Positions 18,737 through 27,357 of a DNA stretch of 64,000 nt are shown here, piece by piece. The notes below the pieces were generated by a model. That model saw only the letters and a program-made list of their open reading frames with translations, did not search any database and was not told where the DNA came from. Location of the stretch: the NCBI GenBank assembly GCA_035627595.1, contig DASPLK010000002.1, positions 160,481-224,480 on the forward strand, in the 5' to 3' direction. The position numbers and the translations under genes were made by a program. This DNA comes from Minisyncoccota bacterium (lineage in GTDB: Bacteria; Patescibacteriota; Minisyncoccia; Phycocordibacterales; Phycocordibacteraceae). Position 1 is the stretch's first letter. The number at the start of each line of letters is the position of its first letter.

Positions 18737-19750
18737 CTACTTCTTCGAGAGGATGCTCCTCTTATACGTATCCAAATGGCGAAGCGCAACACCGGTACCG
18801 CGTGCGACACAGAAGTACGCATCGTTCGCGAGCTTAGCCTGGACGCCGGTGCGCCTGTAGACGAGTTCGGGAAGGTTCCGTAGCTGAGATGTGCCGCCCG
18901 TAAGGATGATTCCGTTGTCGATAATGTCTGAAGCCAGCTCCGGCGGGGTCTCTTGAAGCACTTTGCGGATTGCGCCCATCATCTCTCGCAGTTCCCTGTT
19001 CATTGCTTGGACGACCTCGTTGGTTTTTAGATCGATGGTGCGCGGGAGTCCCGAGACCAAATCGCGGCCTTTGACCTGCATGGTGAGTTCTTCTGCGACC
19101 GGTACGGCAGAACCAATTTGAATCTTTATCTCTTCTGCGGTCTTGTCGCCAATGGCGAGGTTGTACTGCTTCTTTACATAGTCCACAATCGCGCGGTCAA
19201 GCTTGTTGCCCGCGCACTTGACGGAGGTAGAGGCGACAATGCCGCCAAGGGAGATCACTGCTACGTCGATAGTGCCACCACCAATGTCAGCGACCATGCG
19301 TCCGAGAGGTTCTTGAATGGAAATGCCCGCACCAATCGCTGCGAGAATGGGCTCTTTGACGACGAACGCATCTGCTGCACCTGCTTTGGCTGCTGCTTCG
19401 ATGACCGCGCGCTTTTCAGTACTGGTAACTCCTGCTGGTACGGAGATGAGCACGGTCGGGCGCATCATGTTCCACTTCCCCAGTGCCTTTTTCATAAAGT
19501 ACCGAAGCATGGCTTCGGTCACGCGGTAATCAGCGATAACGCCGTCCTTCATAGGGCGGTATGCAGTAATGGCGTCAGGGGTGCGACCGATCATCGCTTT
19601 CGCCTCCACGCCTATTGCAACTACCTTATTAGTCTCGGTGTTAACCGCGACAACGGAGGGCTCGTTAAGGACGACGCCCTTTCCGGGGACGAACACGAGC
19701 ACATTCGTGGTGCCTAGGTCTATGCCTAGTCTCGGAGAAAACATTGCCAT
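18737..19750 (-). CDS. mreB: Rod shape-determining protein MreB
   Basis: GIDLGTTN, EPSVVA, DIGGGT, TPPELASDI; start trimmed. Confidence 0.96.
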   Translation of the reverse strand: MAMFSPRLGIDLGTTNVLVFVPGKGVVLNEPSVVAVNTETNKVVAIGVEAKAMIGRTPDAITAYRPMKDGVIADYRVTEAMLRYFMKKALGKWNMMRPTVLISVPAGVTSTEKRAVIEAAAKAGAADAFVVKEPILAAIGAGISIQEPLGRMVADIGGGTIDVAVISLGGIVASTSVKCAGNKLDRAIVDYVKKQYNLAIGDKTAEEIKIQIGSAVPVAEELTMQVKGRDLVSGLPRTIDLKTNEVVQAMNRELREMMGAIRKVLQETPPELASDIIDNGIILTGGTSQLRNLPELVYRRTGVQAKLANDAYFCVARGTGVALRHLDTYKRSILSKK

Positions 19751-19883
19751 CGTGGGCACATCATACCTCGCTCTTCCTGTAAGCTCAAAATCCAATTGAC
19801 ATCGTCTATGCAGAGGAGCATGCTGACTCCGGAAAGGCGTGTCTTAGGCTGCCGGATGGTCCGGCAAAGGCACGGGTATTCCT

Positions 19884-20051
19884 ATGAACATGCGTCGAGC
19901 ACTACTTGCCGTCGCCGTCGTTCTGGTGAGCATCCTGCTGATAGTCGGCGCGGTGGACAAGGTCATTCCTGGACCGTTCATCGTCGTCGGGCTCATGCTC
20001 GCCTTCGTCGGCGCTGTTCTGGCGACTTCGGCTATACCCAAGCCCAAGTAG
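19884..20051 (+). CDS. Small two-helix membrane protein (55 aa), not in ORF track
   Basis: MNMRRALLAVAVVLVSILLIVGAVDKVIPGPFIVVGLMLAFVGAVLATSAIPKPK; TTGACA-17-CATGCT promoter; terminator downstream. Confidence 0.75.
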   Translation: MNMRRALLAVAVVLVSILLIVGAVDKVIPGPFIVVGLMLAFVGAVLATSAIPKPK

Positions 20052-20083
20052 CCCGGAACAGAATTATGTTCTCTAGCTATGAA

Positions 20084-20119
20084 GCGCGCTTTCCCCCAGG
20101 GAGAGCGCGCCCTTGTTTT
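20084..20119 (+). terminator. Terminator of the small ORF
   Basis: Stem gcgcgctttcc/ggagagcgcgc followed by T-rich tail. Confidence 0.7.
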
Positions 20120-20137
20120 GGTATACAATTCCCCTAC

Positions 20138-21445
20138 ATGACCGAGGAACTTAACTTCATAGTCCAGGGAGGCAAGAAACTCTCTGGAGAAATCGTTACC
20201 AATCGATCCAAGAATGGCGCTGTTGCCCTCCTGGCTGCATCGCTTTTAAATAAGGGCACCACAACGCTCCGAAAGGTGCCAAAGATAGAAGAGGTCAATC
20301 GCCTCATCGAAGTGTTGCGCTCAATCGGGGTTTCCTGTGAGTGGCAGGGCCGCGATCTGGTCATCACGCCACCTGACCGCATCACGCTCGATACAATTGA
20401 TACCAAGGCTGCGATTCGTACCCGGAGCATCCTCATGTTCATCGGTCCTCTCCTGCATCACTTCCCTTCCTTCAGCCTTCCACAGTCAGGCGGCTGTACC
20501 TTGGGGCTCCGCAGCGTGCGCCCGCACCTATGGGCTCTGGAAAAGTTCGGTGTCTCCATTACCGCAGAGACCGAAACCTTCGATATCTCGTATGATGCGC
20601 TCGTTCCTGAGACCATCATCCTGTATGAATCGAGCGACACGGCGACCATCAATGCGCTATATGCGGCTTCCGGTATAGAGGGAACCTCCACCATTCGTTA
20701 TGCTTCGGCCAACTATCAGGTACAGGAGGTTTGCGGATACCTACAGGCACTCGGCGTGATCATTGAAGGGATTGGTACGACGACGCTAACGGTGACCGGC
20801 AAGAAGGATATTCATATGGATGTCGAGTACACGATCGCTGAGGACCCGACTGACGCCATGTTCTTTATTGCGGCTGCGGCGACTACTAACTCTGCACTCA
20901 CTATAAAGAACGTTCCAATCGAGTTCCTTGAGGTAGAGCTCGCAGTGCTTGAAAAGATGGGACTTAAGTTCTCAGTGACCGATGCAGGGGTATCCGAAAA
21001 TGGGATCACAAAGCTCGCGGACCTTGCCATTAGCGAATCAGATCTTGTCGCGTTTCCCGAGAAAATACATGCGCGCCCGTATCCAGGACTCAATATCGAC
21101 AATCTCCCATTCTTTGCCGTCATTGCGACCCGTGCCGAGGGGGATACACTCATCCATGACTGGGTGTATGAGAAGCGTGCCATCTATTACACGGAGCTAG
21201 ATCGCTTGGGCGCTACGACCACGCTTTTTGATCCGCACCGCATTCTTATCGAGGGCCCCACACACCTGCGCGGTGCGCAGCTGGTATGCCCGCCGGCACT
21301 CCGTCCTGCAACCATCCTCCTTATCGGCATGCTCGCCGCTGATGGCCGTTCCATCCTCCGGAACGTCTATTCCATCAATCGCGGATACGAGGATCTCGTC
21401 GCTCGCTTGAAGAGTATCGGTGCTGAGGTGGAAGAGGAGCGCTAA
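20138..21445 (+). CDS. murA: UDP-N-acetylglucosamine 1-carboxyvinyltransferase
   Basis: SKNGAVALLAASLL, SGGCTLGLR with catalytic Cys, INRGYE; start 20138 after TACAAT. Confidence 0.93.
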   Translation: MTEELNFIVQGGKKLSGEIVTNRSKNGAVALLAASLLNKGTTTLRKVPKIEEVNRLIEVLRSIGVSCEWQGRDLVITPPDRITLDTIDTKAAIRTRSILMFIGPLLHHFPSFSLPQSGGCTLGLRSVRPHLWALEKFGVSITAETETFDISYDALVPETIILYESSDTATINALYAASGIEGTSTIRYASANYQVQEVCGYLQALGVIIEGIGTTTLTVTGKKDIHMDVEYTIAEDPTDAMFFIAAAATTNSALTIKNVPIEFLEVELAVLEKMGLKFSVTDAGVSENGITKLADLAISESDLVAFPEKIHARPYPGLNIDNLPFFAVIATRAEGDTLIHDWVYEKRAIYYTELDRLGATTTLFDPHRILIEGPTHLRGAQLVCPPALRPATILLIGMLAADGRSILRNVYSINRGYEDLVARLKSIGAEVEEER

Positions 21446-21462
21446 AGGGTACAATAGGAAGC

Positions 21463-23289
21463 ATGTACGTCATCGACGTCATCGCCCTCTCACCTTCTTC
21501 GCCCGCCGCGCCCCTTTCCTATAGGAGTAAAGATAAACTGGCCGCCGGCACGATCGTCTCGATACTGCTACGCAAAACGCCAGTACACGGTATTGTCGTG
21601 TCTGCGACTGAAGTAAAAGATGCCAAAGCGATGCTCAAGAATGCATCGTTCGCACTCGTGAAGTCAGTGACACGCTCCGATGGCATGCTCCCAAGAACGC
21701 TTTTTGCGGCAGCTGAATCTATCGCTACGTATCACGCAGTACCCGTGGGCACCGTGCTCCACGCAATTCTCTCTGATTCCCTCGCGATGGACATCCCACG
21801 CGTACTCAATGAAGGCAGTGGATATGAAAAGCGTACGTTTGAGTATCCAAAGGAGGTTCGATATAGAAAGTATCGGAGCTCTATCGAGGAGGCGCTAGAA
21901 GATAAGAGCGCAGCGCTCCTTGTATGCCCTACCATTGCAGAGCTTGCTGAGGCGAAGGCGTATTTTGCAGATCTTTCGCCAATCGTCCTTTCGGGTGAGG
22001 TAAAAGCGGATGTTCGTAAGGAGCTACTGAATAAGGCGGCTGGCACGAAAGGTCTCGTCATTGCGACCCCAGCGTTTGCATTCGTATCTATCAAGTCGCT
22101 CGGCACCATTATTGTCGACCGTCCGAGCGCAGGCACGTACCGAATGCCTCGCAGGCCAAATCTCGACCTGGTCGCGTCACTTCTTCTGTATGGGCAATCG
22201 CGCAACATTCCTGTGGCGCTTGGTGACTATCCGCTTCCACTTGAGCATCGGCCACGCCCTCAGGCGCCGCTTCAGACCAGTCCAGAGGGAGCTGTGGAAG
22301 CAGTAGACGTGCGTGAGCTCAAGGCACAGGGAGAGATATGGAAAGCGCTTCCGGACAGTACCCTGCGCATTATGCAAAAGGCGATCAACGATGACATGCG
22401 TATTGTCGTCCTTGCCGCAAGAAAGGGATACGCACCTGCGGTCGTATGCAGAGATTGTGGAACCACTCTGAAAGACGCGCAGGGACGTGCGTACTCGCTC
22501 GCAAGTATGGGCGGCAAGCGGATCTTCCGCACTGCAGATGGCACCAGTACAATGAGCACCGACATACACTGTCCTGTGTGCGACTCTTGGAATCTAATGC
22601 CGCTTGGTATCGCCGTCGAGCGTGTATACGAGGAGCTCGCAGCTGCGTTCCTTGATACGCATATCCTACGGTTCGATACCGATACTGTCCGCACTGATGT
22701 GCAAGCGCGCAAGGCAATGAAAGCATTTCGCGAGAAGCGGGGCATCCTTGTTGGAACCGAATCGATGTTGCCCTGGCTGAGGAGCGCAACGCCAACAAAA
22801 GAACCACATGGGCTCGCGATCATAGCCTCAATGGATTCGTTCCTTTCGCTTCCCTTCTGGAGGGCGCGCGAGCGGTTTGTGCGTATCGGACTCATGCTTC
22901 GTGAACTCGCAGAACGTACCATCGTGCATACCCGTCTCCCTGACGACACGGCACTCATGACCGTCGTTGCACCGAAAGAGGATGGGTTCTTTAAGGAAGA
23001 GGCGATGCTTCGAGAAGCACTCCATTACCCACCTTATGGCACATTGGTTGCTTTCCATGTCGAAGGGAGCAAGAAGCGACTCCTTGAAGCAAAGATTGAG
23101 CTTATCGAAGCGGTAATGCCGCTTGCCCTCACTGTCCTCCCGGAGCGACACGTCGAAAAGAATACCTATCGCCTTACGGCGCTACTACACCTTGCCCAAG
23201 GCGCGTGGCCTGATCCAGAGCTTTCCGAGCGACTTCAGGCGCTACCGCCTTTTATGAAGATAGCTATTGACCCAGAGTCATTTTGGTAG
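21463..23289 (+). CDS. priA: Primosomal protein N' (PriA)-like, degenerate helicase motifs
   Basis: LSY...GTIVSILLR 3'-binding domain, RKGYAPAVVCRDCG, GIAVERV, YPPYG, IDP C-terminus. Confidence 0.85.
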   Translation: MYVIDVIALSPSSPAAPLSYRSKDKLAAGTIVSILLRKTPVHGIVVSATEVKDAKAMLKNASFALVKSVTRSDGMLPRTLFAAAESIATYHAVPVGTVLHAILSDSLAMDIPRVLNEGSGYEKRTFEYPKEVRYRKYRSSIEEALEDKSAALLVCPTIAELAEAKAYFADLSPIVLSGEVKADVRKELLNKAAGTKGLVIATPAFAFVSIKSLGTIIVDRPSAGTYRMPRRPNLDLVASLLLYGQSRNIPVALGDYPLPLEHRPRPQAPLQTSPEGAVEAVDVRELKAQGEIWKALPDSTLRIMQKAINDDMRIVVLAARKGYAPAVVCRDCGTTLKDAQGRAYSLASMGGKRIFRTADGTSTMSTDIHCPVCDSWNLMPLGIAVERVYEELAAAFLDTHILRFDTDTVRTDVQARKAMKAFREKRGILVGTESMLPWLRSATPTKEPHGLAIIASMDSFLSLPFWRARERFVRIGLMLRELAERTIVHTRLPDDTALMTVVAPKEDGFFKEEAMLREALHYPPYGTLVAFHVEGSKKRLLEAKIELIEAVMPLALTVLPERHVEKNTYRLTALLHLAQGAWPDPELSERLQALPPFMKIAIDPESFW

Positions 23290-23295
23290 CAGGAT
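23267..23295 (+). promoter_or_regulatory. Sigma70-type promoter overlapping the priA 3' end
   Basis: TTGACC (23267-72), 17 nt, CAGGAT (23290-95). Confidence 0.55.
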
Positions 23296-23301
23296 GCGAT
23301 C

Positions 23302-23551
23302 TGGCGATGGCCGGTCTCACCTCCCGGCTCGAGGACGGTCTCCCAGTCCTCGACGTCACGTCAACGGTTGCCCTCCGCTCAATGTGACGCATCGCCTGCT
23401 CTTTTCGTATAAGACGGAGTCTCTCCAAATGAGACCTGTCTTTGGTGCCGCCGATGGTGTTGAGGTATCGCATGACGACCCGGAAGTCACATGCTCGATT
23501 CCTGCCGTCGGCGGCCGCACTACGCCGCCTATCATTTAGGCGGCGTATTTT
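23302..23551 (+). ncRNA. Candidate structured RNA: four-way junction, two hairpins, terminator
   Basis: Helices ggcgatg/catcgcc, gccgg/ccggc, tcgaggac/gtcctcga, cgtcacgt/atgtgacg meet with no linker; further stems 23411-23442 and 23447-23515; G-U pairs favour + strand. Confidence 0.65.
23521..23551 (+). terminator. Intrinsic terminator
   Basis: tacgccgccta/taggcggcgta followed by tttt. Confidence 0.85.
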
Positions 23552-23569
23552 ATTTGCTATAGTCAACCC

Positions 23570-24085
23570 ATGAAAGAGATAGTCCAGGATGGGCACCCGG
23601 TGCTGCGCGAAGTAGCTGCTGCGGTTCCCGATAGCATGTTCGGCACGCCTGAGCTCCAAGGGATGCTGAGGGATATGGAGGAGGCGCTCGATGCACAGCC
23701 AGACGGCGTCGCGCTTGCCGCTCCGCAGATCGCGCTCCCGTACCGCATTTTCATCGTTCGGTACGACCGTATGCATGTTCAGCCCGAGGGCGTGGAGGCT
23801 CCACCTGAGGTGGGCATATTCATTAATCCAGAGTTTGAGAAGATCAGTCGTAGGCGGGACGTAGTAGATGAGGGCTGCTTATCTGTGCGCGGGAAATACG
23901 GAAAGACGTTCCGACATGAACGCGCTAGCGTGCGCGCTCAGGACGCCGACGGTCGCGTATTTATACGTGGAGGAGGCGGTCTTCTCGCACAAGCGTACCA
24001 GCACGAGATTGACCATTTGGACGGCATTCTTTTTACCGATCATGCGGAGGACATCGTCATACTCCCGCCCAAGGATCATGCATAA
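23570..24085 (+). CDS. def: Peptide deformylase
   Basis: GVALAAPQI, EGCLSV, QHEIDHLDG. Confidence 0.97.
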   Translation: MKEIVQDGHPVLREVAAAVPDSMFGTPELQGMLRDMEEALDAQPDGVALAAPQIALPYRIFIVRYDRMHVQPEGVEAPPEVGIFINPEFEKISRRRDVVDEGCLSVRGKYGKTFRHERASVRAQDADGRVFIRGGGGLLAQAYQHEIDHLDGILFTDHAEDIVILPPKDHA

Positions 24086-24914
24086 GCCGTTCGTCTATTT
24101 TGGCACTCCCTATGTCGCGCGCGATACGCTCGCCATCCTTGTTGAACGAGGGTTTGTTCCGAGTCTTGTTGTCACTTCTCCCGACGCACCTCGTGGCCGC
24201 GGGCTTGTGCTGACACCTTCAGAGACCAAAGCATGGGCTCTTGAGCATGATATCCCTGTACTTGCACCCGCGAAGCTCGATACGGAGACAATAGAGGCTA
24301 TCAAAGTGTATGGGTGTGAGTACGCGATAGTGGTCGCTTACGGAAAGATACTTCCTTCTACGCTTATCGATGCGTTTCCGCTCGGTATTCTCAATATCCA
24401 TTACTCGCTCCTTCCGAAGTACCGTGGCGCCTCTCCGGTAGAGGCGGCGCTCCTAAACGGTGAATCCGTCACTGGCGTTTCCGTACAGAAGATGGTTCCT
24501 GAGCTTGATGCGGGGGATGTGCTTATACAAAAGCAGGTCACTATCGATGAGAGCGAGACGACGAGGGAGCTTCGGCCGCGCTTGGTTGCTGTAGGTGCAG
24601 ACATGCTTGCAACCATACTTCCAGAGTTCGAGCGCGGCATGAATGCAGTCCCGCAAGAGCATAGCGCCGCGACATTTGCGAAGAAGATTCGAAAAGAAGA
24701 GGGAGAACTTACGGTTCCGGGAGATGATCTTCTAAACTGGCGTAAGTACAGGGCGTATTCGGAGGGACCGGGTACGTACTTCTTCCACGATAAGGATGGA
24801 AGGCGCATGCGCGTAAAGATAGTATCGGCGCGATTTGTAGATGGTCGTTTTGTTCCAGAGCGGGTAGTCCCAGAGGGAAAGAAGGAAATGGCATACGAAG
24901 ACTTTGTTAGATAA
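24078..24914 (+). CDS. fmt: Methionyl-tRNA formyltransferase
   Basis: YFGTP, VVAYGKILP, NIHYSLLPKYRGASP, LDAGD. Confidence 0.96.
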   Translation: MHKPFVYFGTPYVARDTLAILVERGFVPSLVVTSPDAPRGRGLVLTPSETKAWALEHDIPVLAPAKLDTETIEAIKVYGCEYAIVVAYGKILPSTLIDAFPLGILNIHYSLLPKYRGASPVEAALLNGESVTGVSVQKMVPELDAGDVLIQKQVTIDESETTRELRPRLVAVGADMLATILPEFERGMNAVPQEHSAATFAKKIRKEEGELTVPGDDLLNWRKYRAYSEGPGTYFFHDKDGRRMRVKIVSARFVDGRFVPERVVPEGKKEMAYEDFVR

Positions 24915-24918
24915 CGTC

Positions 24919-24938
24919 CGAGCCCCAGCTGGGGCTCG
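24919..24938. terminator. Hairpin between convergent genes
   Basis: cgagcccca-gc-tggggctcg. Confidence 0.65.
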
Positions 24939-24943
24939 TTCGC

Positions 24944-25123
24944 TTACTCAAAGCAACCGCGTTCCTCGTTCCAGGCGCGCACCAGTTCCCCGGCTGGGGA
25001 CTTAGTTCGCGCTGGCTCAAACTTACGAGGCCGAGGCTCAGGTCCTCCGAAGCGGTGGTACCCGGTCTCTCCGTAGGATCGCTGCTGCTTCATTATGGCA
25101 AGCATGCAATTGGTAGTAAGCAT
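24944..25123 (-). CDS. Small orphan protein (59 aa)
   Basis: Strong GGAGGGAGGAG upstream of ATG 25123; ends at a hairpin. Confidence 0.55.
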   Translation of the reverse strand: MLTTNCMLAIMKQQRSYGETGYHRFGGPEPRPRKFEPARTKSPAGELVRAWNEERGCFE

Positions 25124-25168
25124 GGTCTTCTCCTCCCTCCATTTGCACACTAGCATCCTCTCTACGTT

Positions 25169-25528
25169 CTAGAAACCGCGCGAAAAGGACTTAAACATGA
25201 GTCCTCCGCGCTTGAAGAGATTCACGCGCATCCGCTTTGCTCTGCGAAGTTCCTTTGCAAGTTCATTTGAAGCCTCATCTATAGCGTTTTCGATAGTCTC
25301 TTCGGTAGCCTCTGCGCGGTAGAGCGTACCGCGGGTGGAGAAATTGATGCGTGCGACCCATATCCTGCCGGATTGGTGCGCAGTCGTCTCTCTTCCTAGC
25401 TCGACATAGGCACGTGCGGTGTCAGCATCTGTGCCAAGGTACTTCTTAAGACCAAGCAGTTTCTTCTGTGCTTTATCGGTGACTGCTTGCGGAAGGTCAT
25501 ACTGCAAACCCTTATAGCGTATTTCCAT
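25169..25528 (-). CDS. hpf: Ribosome hibernation factor HPF/RaiA family
   Basis: KKL..L.KYL, YRAEATEETIENAIDEA..EL..ELRR.K. Confidence 0.82.
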   Translation of the reverse strand: MEIRYKGLQYDLPQAVTDKAQKKLLGLKKYLGTDADTARAYVELGRETTAHQSGRIWVARINFSTRGTLYRAEATEETIENAIDEASNELAKELRRAKRMRVNLFKRGGLMFKSFSRGF

Positions 25529-25537
25529 AGGCAATGG

Positions 25538-25759
25538 TCAGTTATCTATACTAATCATCTTACTACGATTGTGGTGTCCGGAGATGACACGAACATGCTT
25601 GGGATCAACTGAGAACTCGCGTGCAATGAGCTCAATGACCCGCTTATTAGCTTGGTTCCCTGCCGGAGGAGCTTTTACAATTACGGCAAGTGTACCGTCC
25701 TTCTTTCGCTCAAGGTGATCGCGTCTTGCGTCGGCGGTTACGAAGGTACGTATATACAT
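25538..25759 (-). CDS. DUF167/YggU family protein
   Basis: VKAPPAGNQAN..VIELIA, VISGHHNRSK. Confidence 0.85.
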   Translation of the reverse strand: MYIRTFVTADARRDHLERKKDGTLAVIVKAPPAGNQANKRVIELIAREFSVDPKHVRVISGHHNRSKMISIDN

Positions 25760-25767
25760 TACGGATT

Positions 25768-26010
25768 TTATCCGAAGCGTTCGTGAAGGTACTGCATAAT
25801 CGCATCGGATTCATATAACGAAATCTCCCGTTCTACATCAAGAAGAAACGGCGTCTGATTCTTTCCGCCCTTCTCTATAAGTTCCTCAAGTACTAAAGGA
25901 TCTTTCGTGCTCCTCTCATCAAGCTCAACGCCTAGGATCGCCGCTTCAAGAAGGACCTTTGCGGAAAAAGGACAGCCCGGGCGCGTATAGAGGATGGGAG
26001 TGCTTTCCAT
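25768..26010 (-). CDS. Glutaredoxin / GST-N domain protein
   Basis: CPFS, GGKNQTPFL, LYESDAIMQYL. Confidence 0.88.
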   Translation of the reverse strand: MESTPILYTRPGCPFSAKVLLEAAILGVELDERSTKDPLVLEELIEKGGKNQTPFLLDVEREISLYESDAIMQYLHERFG

Positions 26011-26082
26011 ATCCAGATTCTACCATTGCCACAGGCCGCTTTTACGCTATTATGCCTTGAAGCCCCTTGGGGCGCACCACAT

Positions 26083-26154
26083 TCCGCGGTAGCTCAGTGG
26101 TAGAGCGGGCGACTGTTAATCGCTTGGTCGTAGGTTCGAATCCTACCCGCGGAG
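26083..26154 (+). tRNA. tRNA-Asn(GTT)
   Basis: Cloverleaf tccgcgg/ccgcgga, loop ctGTTaa, T-loop ttcgaat; CCA not encoded. Confidence 0.96.
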
Positions 26155-26178
26155 CAGAGCTGGAGATAATATACTTTC

Positions 26179-26215
26179 CGAAGAAAGCCACAGATTCTGT
26201 GGCTTTCTTCGTTTT
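26179..26215. terminator. Terminator between tRNA-Asn and sortase
   Basis: 16-bp inverted repeat cgaagaaagccacaga/tctgtggctttcttcg then tttt. Confidence 0.85.
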
Positions 26216-26255
26216 AATCTTCGGTAGAAAGCCTTTTCGGCGGCCGAAAGCTCCT

Positions 26256-26846
26256 TTACTCCAGCAATTCCGTATAGACGATAAGGCGCTTGTCATATGT
26301 CCGTATTCCAGGAAGCCAGGTACCTGCACACGTAACCAGGTTCAAGTACCTCCCATCGGTACGTCCAAATATTTCTGCAAGGGGCGCATTGTCATACGGA
26401 TACTCCTCTAACCGAAGCACCTTGTAGCGGAGAGTTGTGCTTGCGGTAACTACATGAACCTCATCCCCCGACGCAAGTGTATGCAGCTCTTTAAAGACAC
26501 CAGCCAGGCTAAGCGCATTATCCACGTGCCCTGCTATGACTGCGCTACCTATACCTCCTGGCGCTGTGCCGTGCCGATACCATGCGACCGTGTGGAAGCT
26601 AGATGGATTCGCCATGTTGCCTGACTCGGTGCGGCCAACTTCCTCAATTTTAGTATCTATTCCAATTTTTGGCACCACTAGATATTTCGTCCCGGGATCA
26701 TCAAACCAAACTCCCGAGCGATCTATTAACGGGGCGGATACGGCAACTGGAGAGGACGCGCCGTAGAGTACATACCAGACCGCGCCAAGAAGTACTACGA
26801 GGGCGGCAGCAATGCCTATTAGAATGGATATTTTGTTTCTGTTCAT
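26256..26846 (-). CDS. Class F sortase
   Basis: N-terminal TM; VAWY...PG..GSAVIAGHVD (His), LNLVTCAG (Cys), YDKRLIVY (Arg). Confidence 0.92.
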   Translation of the reverse strand: MNRNKISILIGIAAALVVLLGAVWYVLYGASSPVAVSAPLIDRSGVWFDDPGTKYLVVPKIGIDTKIEEVGRTESGNMANPSSFHTVAWYRHGTAPGGIGSAVIAGHVDNALSLAGVFKELHTLASGDEVHVVTASTTLRYKVLRLEEYPYDNAPLAEIFGRTDGRYLNLVTCAGTWLPGIRTYDKRLIVYTELLE

Positions 26847-26860
26847 ACGGTAGGTGCACC

Positions 26861-26890
26861 GAAGCAGCAGAAGGCTGCTTCTGCTGCTTC
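26861..26890 (-). promoter_or_regulatory. Intra-operon hairpin between sortase substrate and sortase
   Basis: 13-bp perfect stem gaagcagcagaag/cttctgctgcttc without U-tail. Confidence 0.5.
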
Positions 26891-26913
26891 AGGCTCTGTT
26901 TTGGTCGCTATCA

Positions 26914-27336
26914 CTAGCGCAGCATAAGGCGCGAAGTGAGAAAGGCGCCAACTCCCGCGACTGCCGCAGCAGCGACAATGGCAATCATGAGTGGCATTGC
27001 ATCGCCTCCCACGCCGGTGTTTGGAAGACCAACGTATGCGCCGAGTACGCTCGGGTCAGCCTCGGTGCTTACACCAAGTACCTCGCCATCATCATCGTCA
27101 TCATCGTCGTTGTTACTTCCACCTCCTCCACCTCCGCCCCCACCGCCTCCGCCACCTCCTCCACCGGTGACGGTACCGCTAAGGGTGCTACCAGACCCAC
27201 CGGAAATGGTGCCGGTCACGGCAGACCCGCCAGATCCTGCGGTGAGTGTGCCCGTAACCTCAGATTGCGCAGATGCTGTCGAAGCTGCGAAGAGGAACGG
27301 TAGCAAGAGTGTGAGCTTTTCGGTTTCCTTTTTCAT
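26914..27336 (-). CDS. Small secreted Gly/Asp-rich protein with LPNTG sorting signal
   Basis: Signal peptide (ASA-Q), Gly16, Asp7, GEVLG, LPNTG + hydrophobic helix + Arg tail. Confidence 0.85.
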   Translation of the reverse strand: MKKETEKLTLLLPFLFAASTASAQSEVTGTLTAGSGGSAVTGTISGGSGSTLSGTVTGGGGGGGGGGGGGGGGSNNDDDDDDDGEVLGVSTEADPSVLGAYVGLPNTGVGGDAMPLMIAIVAAAAVAGVGAFLTSRLMLR

Positions 27337-27357
27337 ACGTAGGATTCGTTAGCTGCA

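Noticed and set aside
19796-20137. 114-aa N-terminal extension of MurA in the ORF track
   Set aside because: MurA similarity starts at ATG 20138 behind a -10 box; the extension overlaps a separate small gene and terminator.
23461-23500. SRP RNA (CCGGAA loop); also GGAAGCAGCC near 61015
   Set aside because: Neither site has the full helix-8 CAGG...GNRA...AGCAG arrangement.
23267-23539. Protein-coding interpretation of the priA-def gap
   Set aside because: ORFs overlap priA or run into the terminator and look non-protein-like; short 26-aa and 36-aa peptides cannot be fully excluded.
27118-27165. Phase-variable microsatellite
   Set aside because: The Gly run uses all four codons, indicating protein-level selection rather than slippage.
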